Shown here piece after piece: positions 19,953-29,591 of a stretch of DNA of 64,000 nucleotides. The stretch lies in contig CAVWPA010000003.1 of NCBI GenBank assembly GCA_963756875.1, forward strand, positions 96,001 through 160,000. The letters run 5' to 3'. The stretch's first letter is position 1, and every line of letters starts with the position of its first letter. Made by a program: the position numbers and the translations under genes. Source of the stretch: an uncultured Verrucomicrobiae bacterium (GTDB lineage Bacteria; Verrucomicrobiota; Verrucomicrobiia; Chthoniobacterales; UBA10450). A model generated the notes under the pieces. The model made no database searches, was not told the origin of the DNA, and saw only the letters and a list, made by a program, of their open reading frames with translations.

Positions 19953-20777
19953 CTAGAACTGCGCGCCCTGGTTGAAGCGATGAGCCAGGCCGACCACCCA
20001 CTGCGCGAAGTTGCCGATGTTGTCCATGAGATCCGCTCCGAAGCTGGCGAACGTGATTCGCGGCGAAGCAAGAATGAGCATCACGCAAAGCAGTATCAGA
20101 TTCATCAGATAAATCACGACCAGCGAGAAAAAGGTCCCGTGGTCGCTCAAATCCGTCTGGTTTTTCGGAATCATCCAACAGGTGAACGTGAAATGAAATG
20201 CCCAGGTGACGCCAATTAGGGCGTAAAGCAATCGACCGTAAGGCTGCATGTTATAAAACAGGCTGAGCCCACCGTAGATGAGAATAACGAGAACGCTGTA
20301 AAGCGGGAAAACGTAGGGGGCCAGCGCGATCCAGAAATTTGTGCGGTTGGTTACGATATGGCCGCCTTCGCGGCTTACACGAAACCGGCTGACCCTGCCG
20401 CCCATCAGCCAGACCCAGAGCGCGTGCGTCAGTTCATGGCCGAAAACGTAAATAACGACCGGCCGCGGCAGGCCGAAAAATGAGATCAGCCACAAGAGTG
20501 CGCCTAACGAGAAGAACCAGAATTCCTCTCCAGTCCAGAGCCCTTGCGCGACTGTGGCGCGAGTAAAGGCAGTAAAAAAAGTCTGGCTCAGGATGCCGCA
20601 GATCGGCAGCAGGAAAATCGCCGCTACGAATTTTACCCAGCGCGCCGGAACGGTGAGCGGGTCGAGGGAACGTTGCGCGCCCGGCATCGGGACGACGAAG
20701 GGAGCCACTTTTACGCGGCGGGTGCCCGTGCGCGCGTTGCGGCGATTTGCTGCCGATCTTCGATTGGTTGCTGCCAA
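19953..20777 (-). CDS. Membrane protein with HExxH (M50B-like metallopeptidase)
   Basis: HELTH followed by GG.V..F; IALAPY; several TM helices. Confidence 0.6.
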   Translation of the reverse strand: MAATNRRSAANRRNARTGTRRVKVAPFVVPMPGAQRSLDPLTVPARWVKFVAAIFLLPICGILSQTFFTAFTRATVAQGLWTGEEFWFFSLGALLWLISFFGLPRPVVIYVFGHELTHALWVWLMGGRVSRFRVSREGGHIVTNRTNFWIALAPYVFPLYSVLVILIYGGLSLFYNMQPYGRLLYALIGVTWAFHFTFTCWMIPKNQTDLSDHGTFFSLVVIYLMNLILLCVMLILASPRITFASFGADLMDNIGNFAQWVVGLAHRFNQGAQF

Positions 20778-20837
20778 GGCTGCCCGCAGATTACGCAGAT
20801 TGTCGCGGACTTTGAAAAGATAAATTACAGCCCAACG

Positions 20838-21395
20838 CTACGCGCGTCCCATGTAGTCCCCGCTGCGGGTGTCGATCTTGACGGTTTCGCCTTCTTTAAT
20901 GAATAGCGGAACGTTGATGGTTTTACCGCTCTCCAGCTTTGCGGGTTTGGTCACGTTGCTGGCTGTGTCGCCGCGCAAACCTTCCGCTGACTCGACGACT
21001 TTAAGGTTCACCGACGCGGGAAGCTCGATCTGGACCGGTTTCCCCTCGGCGTACAACACCTGCACAGCGAGATTCTCGACGAGATAATCTTTTGCGTCGC
21101 CGATCAAATTCTCCTGGAACGTAACCGTGTCATAGGTCTCCGGATCCATGAAATGGTAGCCGTTGCGATCCTTGTAACTGAACTCGAGCTGCTTTCGCTC
21201 GATCTCGACCAATTCGACCTTGTCGGTTGAACCAAACCGAACGTCAGCGCTTTTGCCGGTGTTGATGTAACGAATGATCGCCTGGACAAAGGCGCGCAGA
21301 TTGCCCGGTGTGCGATGATGCACTTCAAGCACAATGGCGGTGTTGCCATTGTATTTAACGGCCATTCCTTTGCGGAGATCGTTGGCGGCGGGCAT
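20838..21395 (-). CDS. efp: Elongation factor P
   Basis: HRTPGNLRAF, FMDPETY, GLRGDTA, KPA.LESG, VPLFI, DTRSG.Y. Confidence 0.95.
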   Translation of the reverse strand: MPAANDLRKGMAVKYNGNTAIVLEVHHRTPGNLRAFVQAIIRYINTGKSADVRFGSTDKVELVEIERKQLEFSYKDRNGYHFMDPETYDTVTFQENLIGDAKDYLVENLAVQVLYAEGKPVQIELPASVNLKVVESAEGLRGDTASNVTKPAKLESGKTINVPLFIKEGETVKIDTRSGDYMGRA

Positions 21396-21476
21396 GTTGG
21401 GAAGACGGTAATTTGTTAAAAGGGGTTACAACGTTAAATGGGAGCGCGACGTTACGCGCGAGCAGCGTCGATGCAA

Positions 21477-21638
21477 GTGGCCTGGGTAGCGCACGCGTCC
21501 CGCGTGCTGGCGACGGTGTCTCGCCGTCGCGAACTTTCCTTAGGCTTTCCATTCGTTCATCGCAAAACATCATGAGGAAAGTTCGTTTTGGCGAGACCCC
21601 AAAACCAGCACGCGGGACGCATGCGCTACCCAGGCCAC
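21477..21638. repeat. 162-bp compound palindrome (REPIN-like)
   Basis: 34-bp terminal inverted repeat (33/34 match), inner cgaactttcct/aggaaagttcg pair. Confidence 0.8.
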
Positions 21639-21646
21639 GCGGCGGT

Positions 21647-22618
21647 TTATAAAAGCTTTAGTCTTGTCAAATCCTGTGAATCGACAATCCCAACCGGCTT
21701 TCGCGCGTCATCGACTACGACGAGGTCGTCAATACGGTGGCGTTCGAGCAGGCTGAGGACCTCCACCGCGAGTTTGTCCTGATGGATAGTGACCGGGTTG
21801 AGCGTCATCAAGTCGGATACCACTCGCTCGCCGACTTTTGAGTCCGATTGAAAATTTCTTACGAAATCGCCGTGCGTGAAAATTCCGACCAGCTGCCCAT
21901 CGCCATCAGTCACCACCGCGGCGCCCGCGCGCACTCTTGTCATTGCCTTCAATACATCGCGAACCGTCGCGTCAGAAGAAACCAGCGCCATCGCTTCGCG
22001 CGGGCGCATGATTTGATGGACGCGTATCAGCAGGCTGCGCCCGATCTTGCCGCCGGGATGAAATTTCGCGAAATCCTCCTTGTTGAACCCGCGCGCCTCC
22101 AGCAGCACCATGGCCAGCGCGTCGCCGAGCGCCAGCATCACCGTCGTGCTTGACGTCGGCGCCAGATTCAGCGGACAGGCCTCCTGCTGAACGCTGGCAT
22201 CCAGAAAAAGGTGGGCATTTTTCGCGAGCGTCGAGTTCGCATCTCCGCAAATAGCGATGATCTTGACCTGAAACCGCGCGATCGCAGGCAAGACACGCGT
22301 TAATTCTTCGGTCTCCCCGCTGGAGCTTAAGGCCAGAACAACGTCGCCGTCCGCCACCATTCCAAGATCGCCATGCAACGCGTTGAGCGAATCGAGTACC
22401 ACGGCTGGCGAACCGGTGCTGGTGAGCGTCGAGGCAATCTTGCTGCCGATATGGCCGGATTTGCCGACGCCCACGACGACCACCTTGCCGCGGGCATCAA
22501 CGGCTTCTTTGATCAACTCCACTGCGCGCGTGAAGCTCTCCCCCAGGCGCTCCCGCAACCGCTGGAGCTCGACGATTTCGATATCGAGAACGCGCTTAGC
22601 TTTTTCCTGATAATCCAT
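21647..22618 (-). CDS. kdsD: KpsF/GutQ arabinose-5-phosphate isomerase (SIS plus 2 CBS)
   Basis: GVGKSGHIG.K, HGDLG, EACPLNLAPTSSTT, HPGG.IG, CBS pair. Confidence 0.9.
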   Translation of the reverse strand: MDYQEKAKRVLDIEIVELQRLRERLGESFTRAVELIKEAVDARGKVVVVGVGKSGHIGSKIASTLTSTGSPAVVLDSLNALHGDLGMVADGDVVLALSSSGETEELTRVLPAIARFQVKIIAICGDANSTLAKNAHLFLDASVQQEACPLNLAPTSSTTVMLALGDALAMVLLEARGFNKEDFAKFHPGGKIGRSLLIRVHQIMRPREAMALVSSDATVRDVLKAMTRVRAGAAVVTDGDGQLVGIFTHGDFVRNFQSDSKVGERVVSDLMTLNPVTIHQDKLAVEVLSLLERHRIDDLVVVDDARKPVGIVDSQDLTRLKLL

Positions 22619-22692
22619 TTATATTGACAATTGTGAGCCGGAGCGCTGTAACCGGCAAGGGCTAGTGCGTCCCGGGTGAAAGGAAATCGACC

Positions 22693-22982
22693 ATGAAAAC
22701 ACTAACCATAGCGATCTTATTCGCGCTCGTTGCTATTGCCGGCGCACAAACTCTGCGAGCGCCAATTAAAAAGAAAGCGGTGAAAACGCGGCCACCAGCG
22801 CCGATTCGCCGGGAGAACGTCGACGGGAGTGCTTCCCAGCTGCTTTCCAGCCCGGCGGGAATCCGCTGCAAATGTTGAATCCGAAGGCGCCGGCGAAATA
22901 TGGAACGGCCGAACAACACGTGGACATCGATCCAAGGACCGGAAAATGGAAGGGCATCAGGCTCTTCACAATCAACTTCTGA
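22693..22982 (+). CDS. Small secreted protein, apparently split by two 1-nt insertions near 22825-22838
   Basis: Signal peptide MKTLTIAILFALVAIAGA; removing one G and one C gives ...VDGVLPAAFQPGGNPLQMLNPKAPAKYG...WKGIRLFTINF*. Confidence 0.5.
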
Positions 22983-23104
22983 GTGGGTGACCCGGCCCGG
23001 TCCCAGGAAAAGCGCCTCGCTTGCCGCCTTACCGCTGTATGCCTCGCCAGGCGAATGCGCTGCGATTTCGAATTGAACGCCCGGCCTTGAGCGCGGAGCG
23101 TTAG

Positions 23105-24298
23105 ATGTTGAATTCCGCTTCCGATTCGTCGCCAACTGTTGCGTTTTATTGCGCGACGTTCCTTAAGCCGGAGATGTTGCATATCTACCGGCAGATCACC
23201 GCGCTCGAGCGCGTTCGCGCCGTTGTCATCGCGCAGAAACGGGAAAACGCCGGCGTTTTTCCGTTTGATCCAATTTACCAGGTCCCAAAGCCTGCGACGC
23301 ATTTTCTTCGCCGGTTCTGGTACCGGCAAATTTGCGATGTTCCCTGGCAGTTCTCCGACAGGGAAGTTGCCGCTCTGCTGCGCATTCTGGAGACCAGTCA
23401 GGCCGAGCTGCTTCAAATCTTTTTCGGCCACATCGCCGTGCATCTTCTTCCCCTGATTCGTGCGTGGCCAAAACCGGCGATCGTTTCATTTCATGGCGCC
23501 GACGTCCTTGTCGATATGGACAAACCGGCATATCGCCGGGCGACAAGGGAAATGCTCGCTGCAGTGCAACGCGTTTTCGTCCGCTCGGAATCTCTCCGCC
23601 GCGCGATTGTCGATCTTGGCTGCGACGAAAAGAAGATCGATGTGGTGCGCACCGGCATTCCGCTCGGGCAATTTCCGTTTCGCGAGCGGAGCTTCCCGGA
23701 GAACGGCGAATGGCGATTTGTGCAGGCCTGCCGCTTAATCGAGAAGAAAGGCCTGGCGACAACCCTCCATGCATTTACAAATTTCCTCGCACAATATCCA
23801 AAGGCGAAGCTCACAATCGCCGGCGAAGGCCCATTACTCGAAGATCTGCGCGATTTGATGGCCAGACTAAAGATCGAGAATCGCGTGGCATTGCCCGGTT
23901 TTGTTTCGCAGGAGGAATTGCGCGAAATCTTTTATGCATCGCACATCTTTTTGCATCCCAGCGAGACCGGGCGGGACGGAAACCAGGAAGGGGTTCCAAA
24001 TTCGATGCTCGAGGCAATGGCCAGCGGATTGCCTGTTTTTGCGACCACCCACGGCGGAATTCCGGAGGCTGTTGAAAACGGAATAAGCGGAGTTCTCATT
24101 CCGGAACGAGATTATCAGGCGCTCGGACGAGCCTTGGTCGACGCGGCGCAAGATCCATCCCGGCTTTCGCGGATGGCGCGTGCAGGCGCGGAAGCGGTCG
24201 CGCAAAAATTCGATCAGCAACGACAAACACGCGCGCTGGAAGATTTGTATTTAAAAATGATCGCCACGGCGCGGCAAACCCAGTCGGTCAAGCCTTGA
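23105..24298 (+). CDS. GT4 glycosyltransferase (WcaL-like)
   Basis: SFHGAD, RLIEKKG, EGVPNSMLEAMASGLPV, HGGIPE. Confidence 0.88.
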   Translation: MLNSASDSSPTVAFYCATFLKPEMLHIYRQITALERVRAVVIAQKRENAGVFPFDPIYQVPKPATHFLRRFWYRQICDVPWQFSDREVAALLRILETSQAELLQIFFGHIAVHLLPLIRAWPKPAIVSFHGADVLVDMDKPAYRRATREMLAAVQRVFVRSESLRRAIVDLGCDEKKIDVVRTGIPLGQFPFRERSFPENGEWRFVQACRLIEKKGLATTLHAFTNFLAQYPKAKLTIAGEGPLLEDLRDLMARLKIENRVALPGFVSQEELREIFYASHIFLHPSETGRDGNQEGVPNSMLEAMASGLPVFATTHGGIPEAVENGISGVLIPERDYQALGRALVDAAQDPSRLSRMARAGAEAVAQKFDQQRQTRALEDLYLKMIATARQTQSVKP

Positions 24299-24322
24299 CG
24301 CTGTCGGCGGGCAGAATGTCGC

Positions 24323-25373
24323 CTAACGGGCGGTGATGCCCTCGAAAAACTTCGCCAACTGCACGCGCACCGCTTGAAAGGAAAGGCGCTCGGCAGCACG
24401 CCACTGCGATTCCACGATTGCCGTGGCGCGCGCATTGGTGTTGGTCAGCAATCCCAGCGCAATGGAACCTACCTGGTCGGTCGTGCGCCCTTCCCCGCAG
24501 AACTTTTCGAACGCGATTCGCTCAATCGCGCCGTCCCCGCCAATGCAAACCGTTCGCGTGAGCAACGCATCGCCGGCAACCTGGCCGGGAACGCGGCTCC
24601 GATCCATTTGCAGTACCGATTTTGTGCTTCGCGACCTCCCGCAAGTATTCCGGATAGGCTTGGCGCTTCGTCAGAACACGCAGTTTGCCGGCCGGAAAGT
24701 TCAGTTCGGCAAGAGCTCTCGTGCCTTTTCGTCCGTCGAGATTAAAAACAGTCACCGCATCGCCCGTGGCGTCGCAAAGTTTGCGCGCCAGCAGTAAGGC
24801 CGCCAGATGGTTGCGCGACGGGACGTTCCATTCTCGCGTGCCAATGAAAATGCCGGCTTGCTCGTTAGGCGGTACCGCAAAATTCCACTGTTTATCTTCA
24901 ATTGGATATGGCGTCGGAATGAAGGCGACCGAGGCAGAATGCTTGTCGGCTCGCGCCAGCCGATAAATCTCCGCCGCCTCAGGTGTCGTGGCCAAACAGC
25001 CATCGGCCTTGGCCACGATTCGCAAGAATCGGGAAAGTTTCGCGGGGTTTCGCAATTGATCCGCGATCTGATGAAGACCGGTTTCTTTCAGCGAAACGGC
25101 TACAGTGCGACCGTGATTTTTGAGATCGGTCAGCGCGCGCTCGGTCGCCCTGAAATTGCCACGCAGCAGAAGCAGCACCGGCGCTTTCTCGCCAATCGCA
25201 TTTTTTGTGTCGCGCAAAAACGATCCCTGGGTGCATCCAGCGAAAGCATGAAAATTAATCGGCGGATGCGTCGTGACCGGGGCGCTTCCCTGATCGAAAT
25301 ACTGCTCCGGGTCGCGTCCACCGGGATTGAGAACGCTCAGCCGAAAATCTGTCATTCCACTGGTCGGCATCAC
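24323..25373 (-). CDS. Hypothetical (possibly GT-B-like) protein, split by a 1-nt insertion at ~24617
   Basis: ORF 24522-25373 joins ORF 24323-24607 as ...KHKIVLQMDRSRVPGQVAGDALL... when one G is removed. Confidence 0.55.
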
Positions 25374-27967
25374 TCGCCAGGCGAAGGCAGCGGAGGCGGA
25401 GTGACCGACTCCAAGAGCGTGCCCTCTGTTTGTTCATCCAATGGACCGACCGGCTCGGCACGGCGAATCTCGACCGGCTCTTCCTGCTTTGGCTGCACGG
25501 GAATCGCCTTTAAAATCGGTTTGCCATCCTTGGTGATTCCTGTCTCGGCAGCTGGTGTGGTTGCCGGTTGCACCGGTTGCACCGGTTGCACCGGTTGAGC
25601 CGTTTGAACCGGTTGAGCAGGCGGCGCCGGCTCTTGTGGTACGGGCTGTGGCTCCGGAGTGGGCTCCGGTTTTATCGTCGCCTTTGCAGAATGATAAGGA
25701 TCTTTGTCAGCCAGCAGGGTAGGACCCTTTGCAATCACCGGCTTAACCTCATTGAGGTCGACCGCAAGCTCGGCGCGCGGCCATTCCGCCGCGGGAAGAT
25801 CGCGCACTAAACGAGTGCGCGCTTCCCCGTGCACATTGCATGGCTCAGTCGGCAGTTGGGCAGGTGTCGCGATTTCCATGTAGGTCGTGCGTTTCTGAAC
25901 AGGAGCGCCGGTCGGGCCCTTTACCGTGTCGTAGCACTTGTCCGTGGCGAGCAGACCCGAGCGCGAGCAGATCTCCACCTCTTTCAAATCGGACGGCCTT
26001 TTAATTTTGTGAGGAGGATAAGGTCCAATGGCCGCATTCATGATATCAACCCAGACCGGCAGGGCCAGATCGTGTCCGAACGCGCCCCGGTAAATCTCCT
26101 GTGGCTTGTCGAAGCCGGCCCAGACTCCGCAAGTGAAGTTGCTGTCGTATCCGACAAAAAGCGCGTCGGTAAAATCGTAAGCCGTGCCGGTCTTGCCCGC
26201 GACGTCCGGAATGGGTTTGAGACCAAGCTCCGTGCGCGCGGTTTTTCCCGTTCCTTTTTCCAATGCATCGACCAGGCACGAGTGAACTTCGTAGGCTGTC
26301 TCCGGTTTGATCACTTTTCGTTTGGTTTCGTCGTGCCGCGAGTCCCAAACAACTGTCCCGTCTTTTTCTTCAATGCGTTCCAAAATATGCGGGGCAGTCG
26401 GCCGCCATCCGCCGTTTGGAAAAATCGTGTAGGCCAGCGCAAGCTCGGCCAGAGTGACTTCGCTGCTGCCGAGAAAAGTTGCCGGATACGGCCGGAGTTC
26501 CGAATGAATTCCGGCGGCGTGACAAAGACGCAGCACATTGTCGAGACCCGCGGCCATGCCAATTCGCACGGTCGCGCCATCCTTCGATTTCGCCAATGCC
26601 TGGCGCGCGGTCATCGCACCTTCGTAGCGGTTGTCCGCGCTTTCCGGTCCCCACTCGCCCAGAATTCCCGTGGTGCCGCCGATCATGACCGCGCGGTTGT
26701 CGAGCGGCGAATCTTCCACTACCGAACCCGGATACATTCCATTTTCAAACGCTGCGGCGTAAACGAAAGGCAACATCGCGGTTCCAGCCGGGCGCTTCGC
26801 CTGCAGAGCGCGATCGTACTGATTATGCTCGAAATCGCGGCCGCCAACGAGCACGAGAATGCCACCGGTCTCGTTATTAATTCCGATCACAGCGCCTTGC
26901 AGATACTCGGGCGCGGGCTGTTTCCCGTTAGATTTCCCCTTGTGAAAACTCGCCGCGTATTCCGCATACGTCTGGTGATTGTAACCGGGATGCTGCTCCG
27001 CCTTCTCCAGGCTCTTGCGCAACGACTCCTCCGCCACCTTTTGCAGGTCGGCATCGATAGTCGTGTGAATCCGGAAACCTTCGTTCATGGCGCGGTCCCA
27101 GCCCACTGCCGCGATGACCTGCTGGCGAATGTAATCCACCGCGTACGTCTTTCCCTGTGCGTTCTGCCGGCTGCTGACCTCTATCTTTTCCGCCTGCGCC
27201 TTCGCGCATTCGGCCTTGGTGATGAATCCGAGATCGCGCATCCGGCTCAGCGCATAATTGCGCGCCTCCCGCGATGCAGCCGGATCGGCCCAGGGCGATA
27301 AATTGTTCGGACTCTTGATCAAACCGGCCAGCGTCGCGCATTCTGCCAGCGACATCTCGCCGGCCGTCTTACCGAAATACCCGCGCGCCGCCGCCTCCGC
27401 GCCATACAGGCCGCCGCCGAAATAAATCCGGTTCAGATAAAGCTCCATGATCTTCTGCTTGCCGAAGCGATCTTCGATGCGGCGGGCGAGAAAGATCTCC
27501 AGCAGTTTGCGGCGGTACGTCCTTTCCTTGAGCGAGAAACTGTTGCGCGCCAGTTGCTGAGTGACCGTGCTGGCCCCCTGGCGAACATGACCGGCCAGAA
27601 GATTTTTCAACGCCGCACGCATGATCCCCATGAGATCGTAGCCGTGGTGTTGATAAAATTTGGAGTCCTCCACCGCTACGACGGCGTCGATAAGGTAGCG
27701 CGGCAACTGGTCGTACGGAACGGTTTCCCGATTTTCCACATAGATCTGGCCGAAAATCTTGCCGTTCCGGTCCAGGATCACGCTGGCGGATTCCATCTGT
27801 TCCAGTTTGCTCAGATCGAAAGTGGCGGCCCGGCTTTTGAGATCGGACGCCACGGTCGACAGATAAATCGCGCACGCACTGAAAAGGACCGCTGCGATGG
27901 CCAACGGCACATAAAACACCGGGCGCTTGTACCACGGCGGCCGAAACCTGTAGCCAGGCGGCGGCAT
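25370..27967 (-). CDS. Class A penicillin-binding protein (transglycosylase plus degenerate transpeptidase)
   Basis: EDSKFYQHHG, GASTVTQQLARN, RKLLE, YLNRIYFG; KTGT present but SxxK replaced by TAML; Pro/Gln-rich tail. Confidence 0.88.
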   Translation of the reverse strand: MPPPGYRFRPPWYKRPVFYVPLAIAAVLFSACAIYLSTVASDLKSRAATFDLSKLEQMESASVILDRNGKIFGQIYVENRETVPYDQLPRYLIDAVVAVEDSKFYQHHGYDLMGIMRAALKNLLAGHVRQGASTVTQQLARNSFSLKERTYRRKLLEIFLARRIEDRFGKQKIMELYLNRIYFGGGLYGAEAAARGYFGKTAGEMSLAECATLAGLIKSPNNLSPWADPAASREARNYALSRMRDLGFITKAECAKAQAEKIEVSSRQNAQGKTYAVDYIRQQVIAAVGWDRAMNEGFRIHTTIDADLQKVAEESLRKSLEKAEQHPGYNHQTYAEYAASFHKGKSNGKQPAPEYLQGAVIGINNETGGILVLVGGRDFEHNQYDRALQAKRPAGTAMLPFVYAAAFENGMYPGSVVEDSPLDNRAVMIGGTTGILGEWGPESADNRYEGAMTARQALAKSKDGATVRIGMAAGLDNVLRLCHAAGIHSELRPYPATFLGSSEVTLAELALAYTIFPNGGWRPTAPHILERIEEKDGTVVWDSRHDETKRKVIKPETAYEVHSCLVDALEKGTGKTARTELGLKPIPDVAGKTGTAYDFTDALFVGYDSNFTCGVWAGFDKPQEIYRGAFGHDLALPVWVDIMNAAIGPYPPHKIKRPSDLKEVEICSRSGLLATDKCYDTVKGPTGAPVQKRTTYMEIATPAQLPTEPCNVHGEARTRLVRDLPAAEWPRAELAVDLNEVKPVIAKGPTLLADKDPYHSAKATIKPEPTPEPQPVPQEPAPPAQPVQTAQPVQPVQPVQPATTPAAETGITKDGKPILKAIPVQPKQEEPVEIRRAEPVGPLDEQTEGTLLESVTPPPLPSPGE

Positions 27968-28032
27968 AAGATGAGTATCTGTCCCGAACGTTCTCAAACC
28001 AGAAGCGAAAAATTAGTCGCGCAATGTAGGGA

Positions 28033-28206
28033 CAAACGCTCAACCCTCAACGCCGAACATTCAATGCGCAATTCGAGGACTGTTCCGAGTTGAACGTTAG
28101 GTGTTGCGCGCTTGTTCAGCCTGCCCGCCGTGGCGGGCGAAAGCCTTCGGCGTCGAGCGCTTGCCACGCCGAAGCTTTTGGCTTAGGCGGGTTGAACGTT
28201 GAACGC
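28033..28206. repeat. 7-nt periodic inverted repeat with nested mini-inserts
   Basis: aacgctcaaccctcaacgccgaacattcaat ... ttgaacgttaggtgttg...[inserts]...ttgaacgttgaacg. Confidence 0.65.
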
Positions 28207-29386
28207 GCAAACGAGCAATCGCGCCCTGGCTGAGCTGATGCGTTCAGAAATCTCAACCCGCGGTCCGCAATCTTTCGCCTGGTTCATGCAGCAGGCCCTT
28301 TATCATCCGCAGCACGGATATTATTCCAGCGACCGGGCAGCGATCGGACGGCAGGGCGATTTTTTCACAAATGTCAGTGTCGGCCCGTTATTCGGACAAC
28401 TCCTCGCCGCACAATTCACCGAAATATGGGAGCGCCTCACCAGCCGCGACAGCCCACGCCAGCAGAAGTCCGGTAAATTCATCATTGTCGAGCAGGGCGC
28501 GCATCACGGCCATTTCGCGCGCGATGTGCTGGAAACAGTGCGCCGCAGTTCACCTGAATTTTTTGCCGACCTGCGCTACCGAATCGTCGAGGCGTCTCCC
28601 GTTTTGCAAGGTCGCCAATTCCACACGTTGGGCGAGTTTGCGGACCGCGTGGAGTGGCGAGGGTCGCTCGACGAACTGGAGCCATTCGTTGGCATTCATT
28701 TTTCGAATGAGCTGCTCGATTCCATGCCGGCACATTTGCTCGTTTCCAGAATTCAGGGAGACGGTTCGCCGCGCTGGCTCGAAAAATTTGTCGCCCTCCA
28801 CGGCGATCAGTTTGAATTCGTCGACGGGCCTGTTGCAGATTCAACTCTGCAATCACTTGCAGAAAAACTGCCGGCTCATGCCGAAGGGTACGAAACGGAG
28901 ATCAATGCCGCAGCGCTCGATTGGATCGATAAACTGTCGGCGAAGTTGGTTCGCGGTTACGTTATGACGATCGATTACGGATTTCCGTTCGCCGAATTTT
29001 ATGCGCCGTATCGATCTTCGGGGACGTTGCAGGTGCGCGCACAACATCGATCTCTCGCATCGCCGTTCGAGCGGGTCGGCTGCGCCGATATCACCGCGCA
29101 CGTCGATTGGACGAGCCTGGTGAACAGAGCAGAAGCGCGCGGACTTCGTGTTCACGGTTTTACGGATCAGCACCACTTCATCACCGGGATCGTTTCGGAA
29201 CTGCTGCGGGATGAATTCGAGCAGGGAGCGAATGCAAAGACGAAGCGCGCTCTGAAAACATTGATCCATCCGGAAATGCTCGGCCGCGCCTTTCAAGTCC
29301 TGGCTCTCGAAAAGGAGGTCGACAGTGCCGGACCGCTTGCCGGTTACAAATTCGCCGGCTCTTCACGTGCCGCGCTCGGCATTTGA
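28199..29386 (+). CDS. SAM-dependent methyltransferase, MidA/NDUFAF7 family
   Basis: FM..ALYHP..GYY, GDFFT, EQGA..G, NELLDSMP, IDYG, DITAHVD. Confidence 0.85.
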   Translation: MNAQTSNRALAELMRSEISTRGPQSFAWFMQQALYHPQHGYYSSDRAAIGRQGDFFTNVSVGPLFGQLLAAQFTEIWERLTSRDSPRQQKSGKFIIVEQGAHHGHFARDVLETVRRSSPEFFADLRYRIVEASPVLQGRQFHTLGEFADRVEWRGSLDELEPFVGIHFSNELLDSMPAHLLVSRIQGDGSPRWLEKFVALHGDQFEFVDGPVADSTLQSLAEKLPAHAEGYETEINAAALDWIDKLSAKLVRGYVMTIDYGFPFAEFYAPYRSSGTLQVRAQHRSLASPFERVGCADITAHVDWTSLVNRAEARGLRVHGFTDQHHFITGIVSELLRDEFEQGANAKTKRALKTLIHPEMLGRAFQVLALEKEVDSAGPLAGYKFAGSSRAALGI

Positions 29387-29400
29387 TTGAATCTGTACGT

Positions 29401-29522
29401 TGGAGGGACACGCGCCGTCCGCCGCGCCGTAGCCCTGGCGGAGGTGGGTCGTGTCCCAAATAGACAATGCGACGGTCATCCGCCTTCGCAGCTACGGCGC
29501 GACAAGTAGACCGCCGCTACAG
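29401..29522. repeat. Two REP palindromes, each interrupted by a ~28-31 nt mini-element
   Basis: Removing 29480-29507 regenerates the exact reverse complement of the REP at 19761-19785. Confidence 0.75.
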
Positions 29523-29591
29523 AGATCGGTTCGAAACAGTTTGCCCGATCGCGGGGCTTTCTGGCACTGTACTCTTCGTCATCAACCAAAA

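Noticed and set aside
25560..25620. 9-bp tandem repeat (QPV)n; also gcgcac repeats in treY at ~19644-19661
   Set aside because: In-frame low-complexity linkers; not phase-variable
25829..27301. Long antisense ORFs (e.g. 25829-27301, 39853-41187, 8767-9540)
   Set aside because: Shadows of well-supported genes in GC-rich DNA; no motifs
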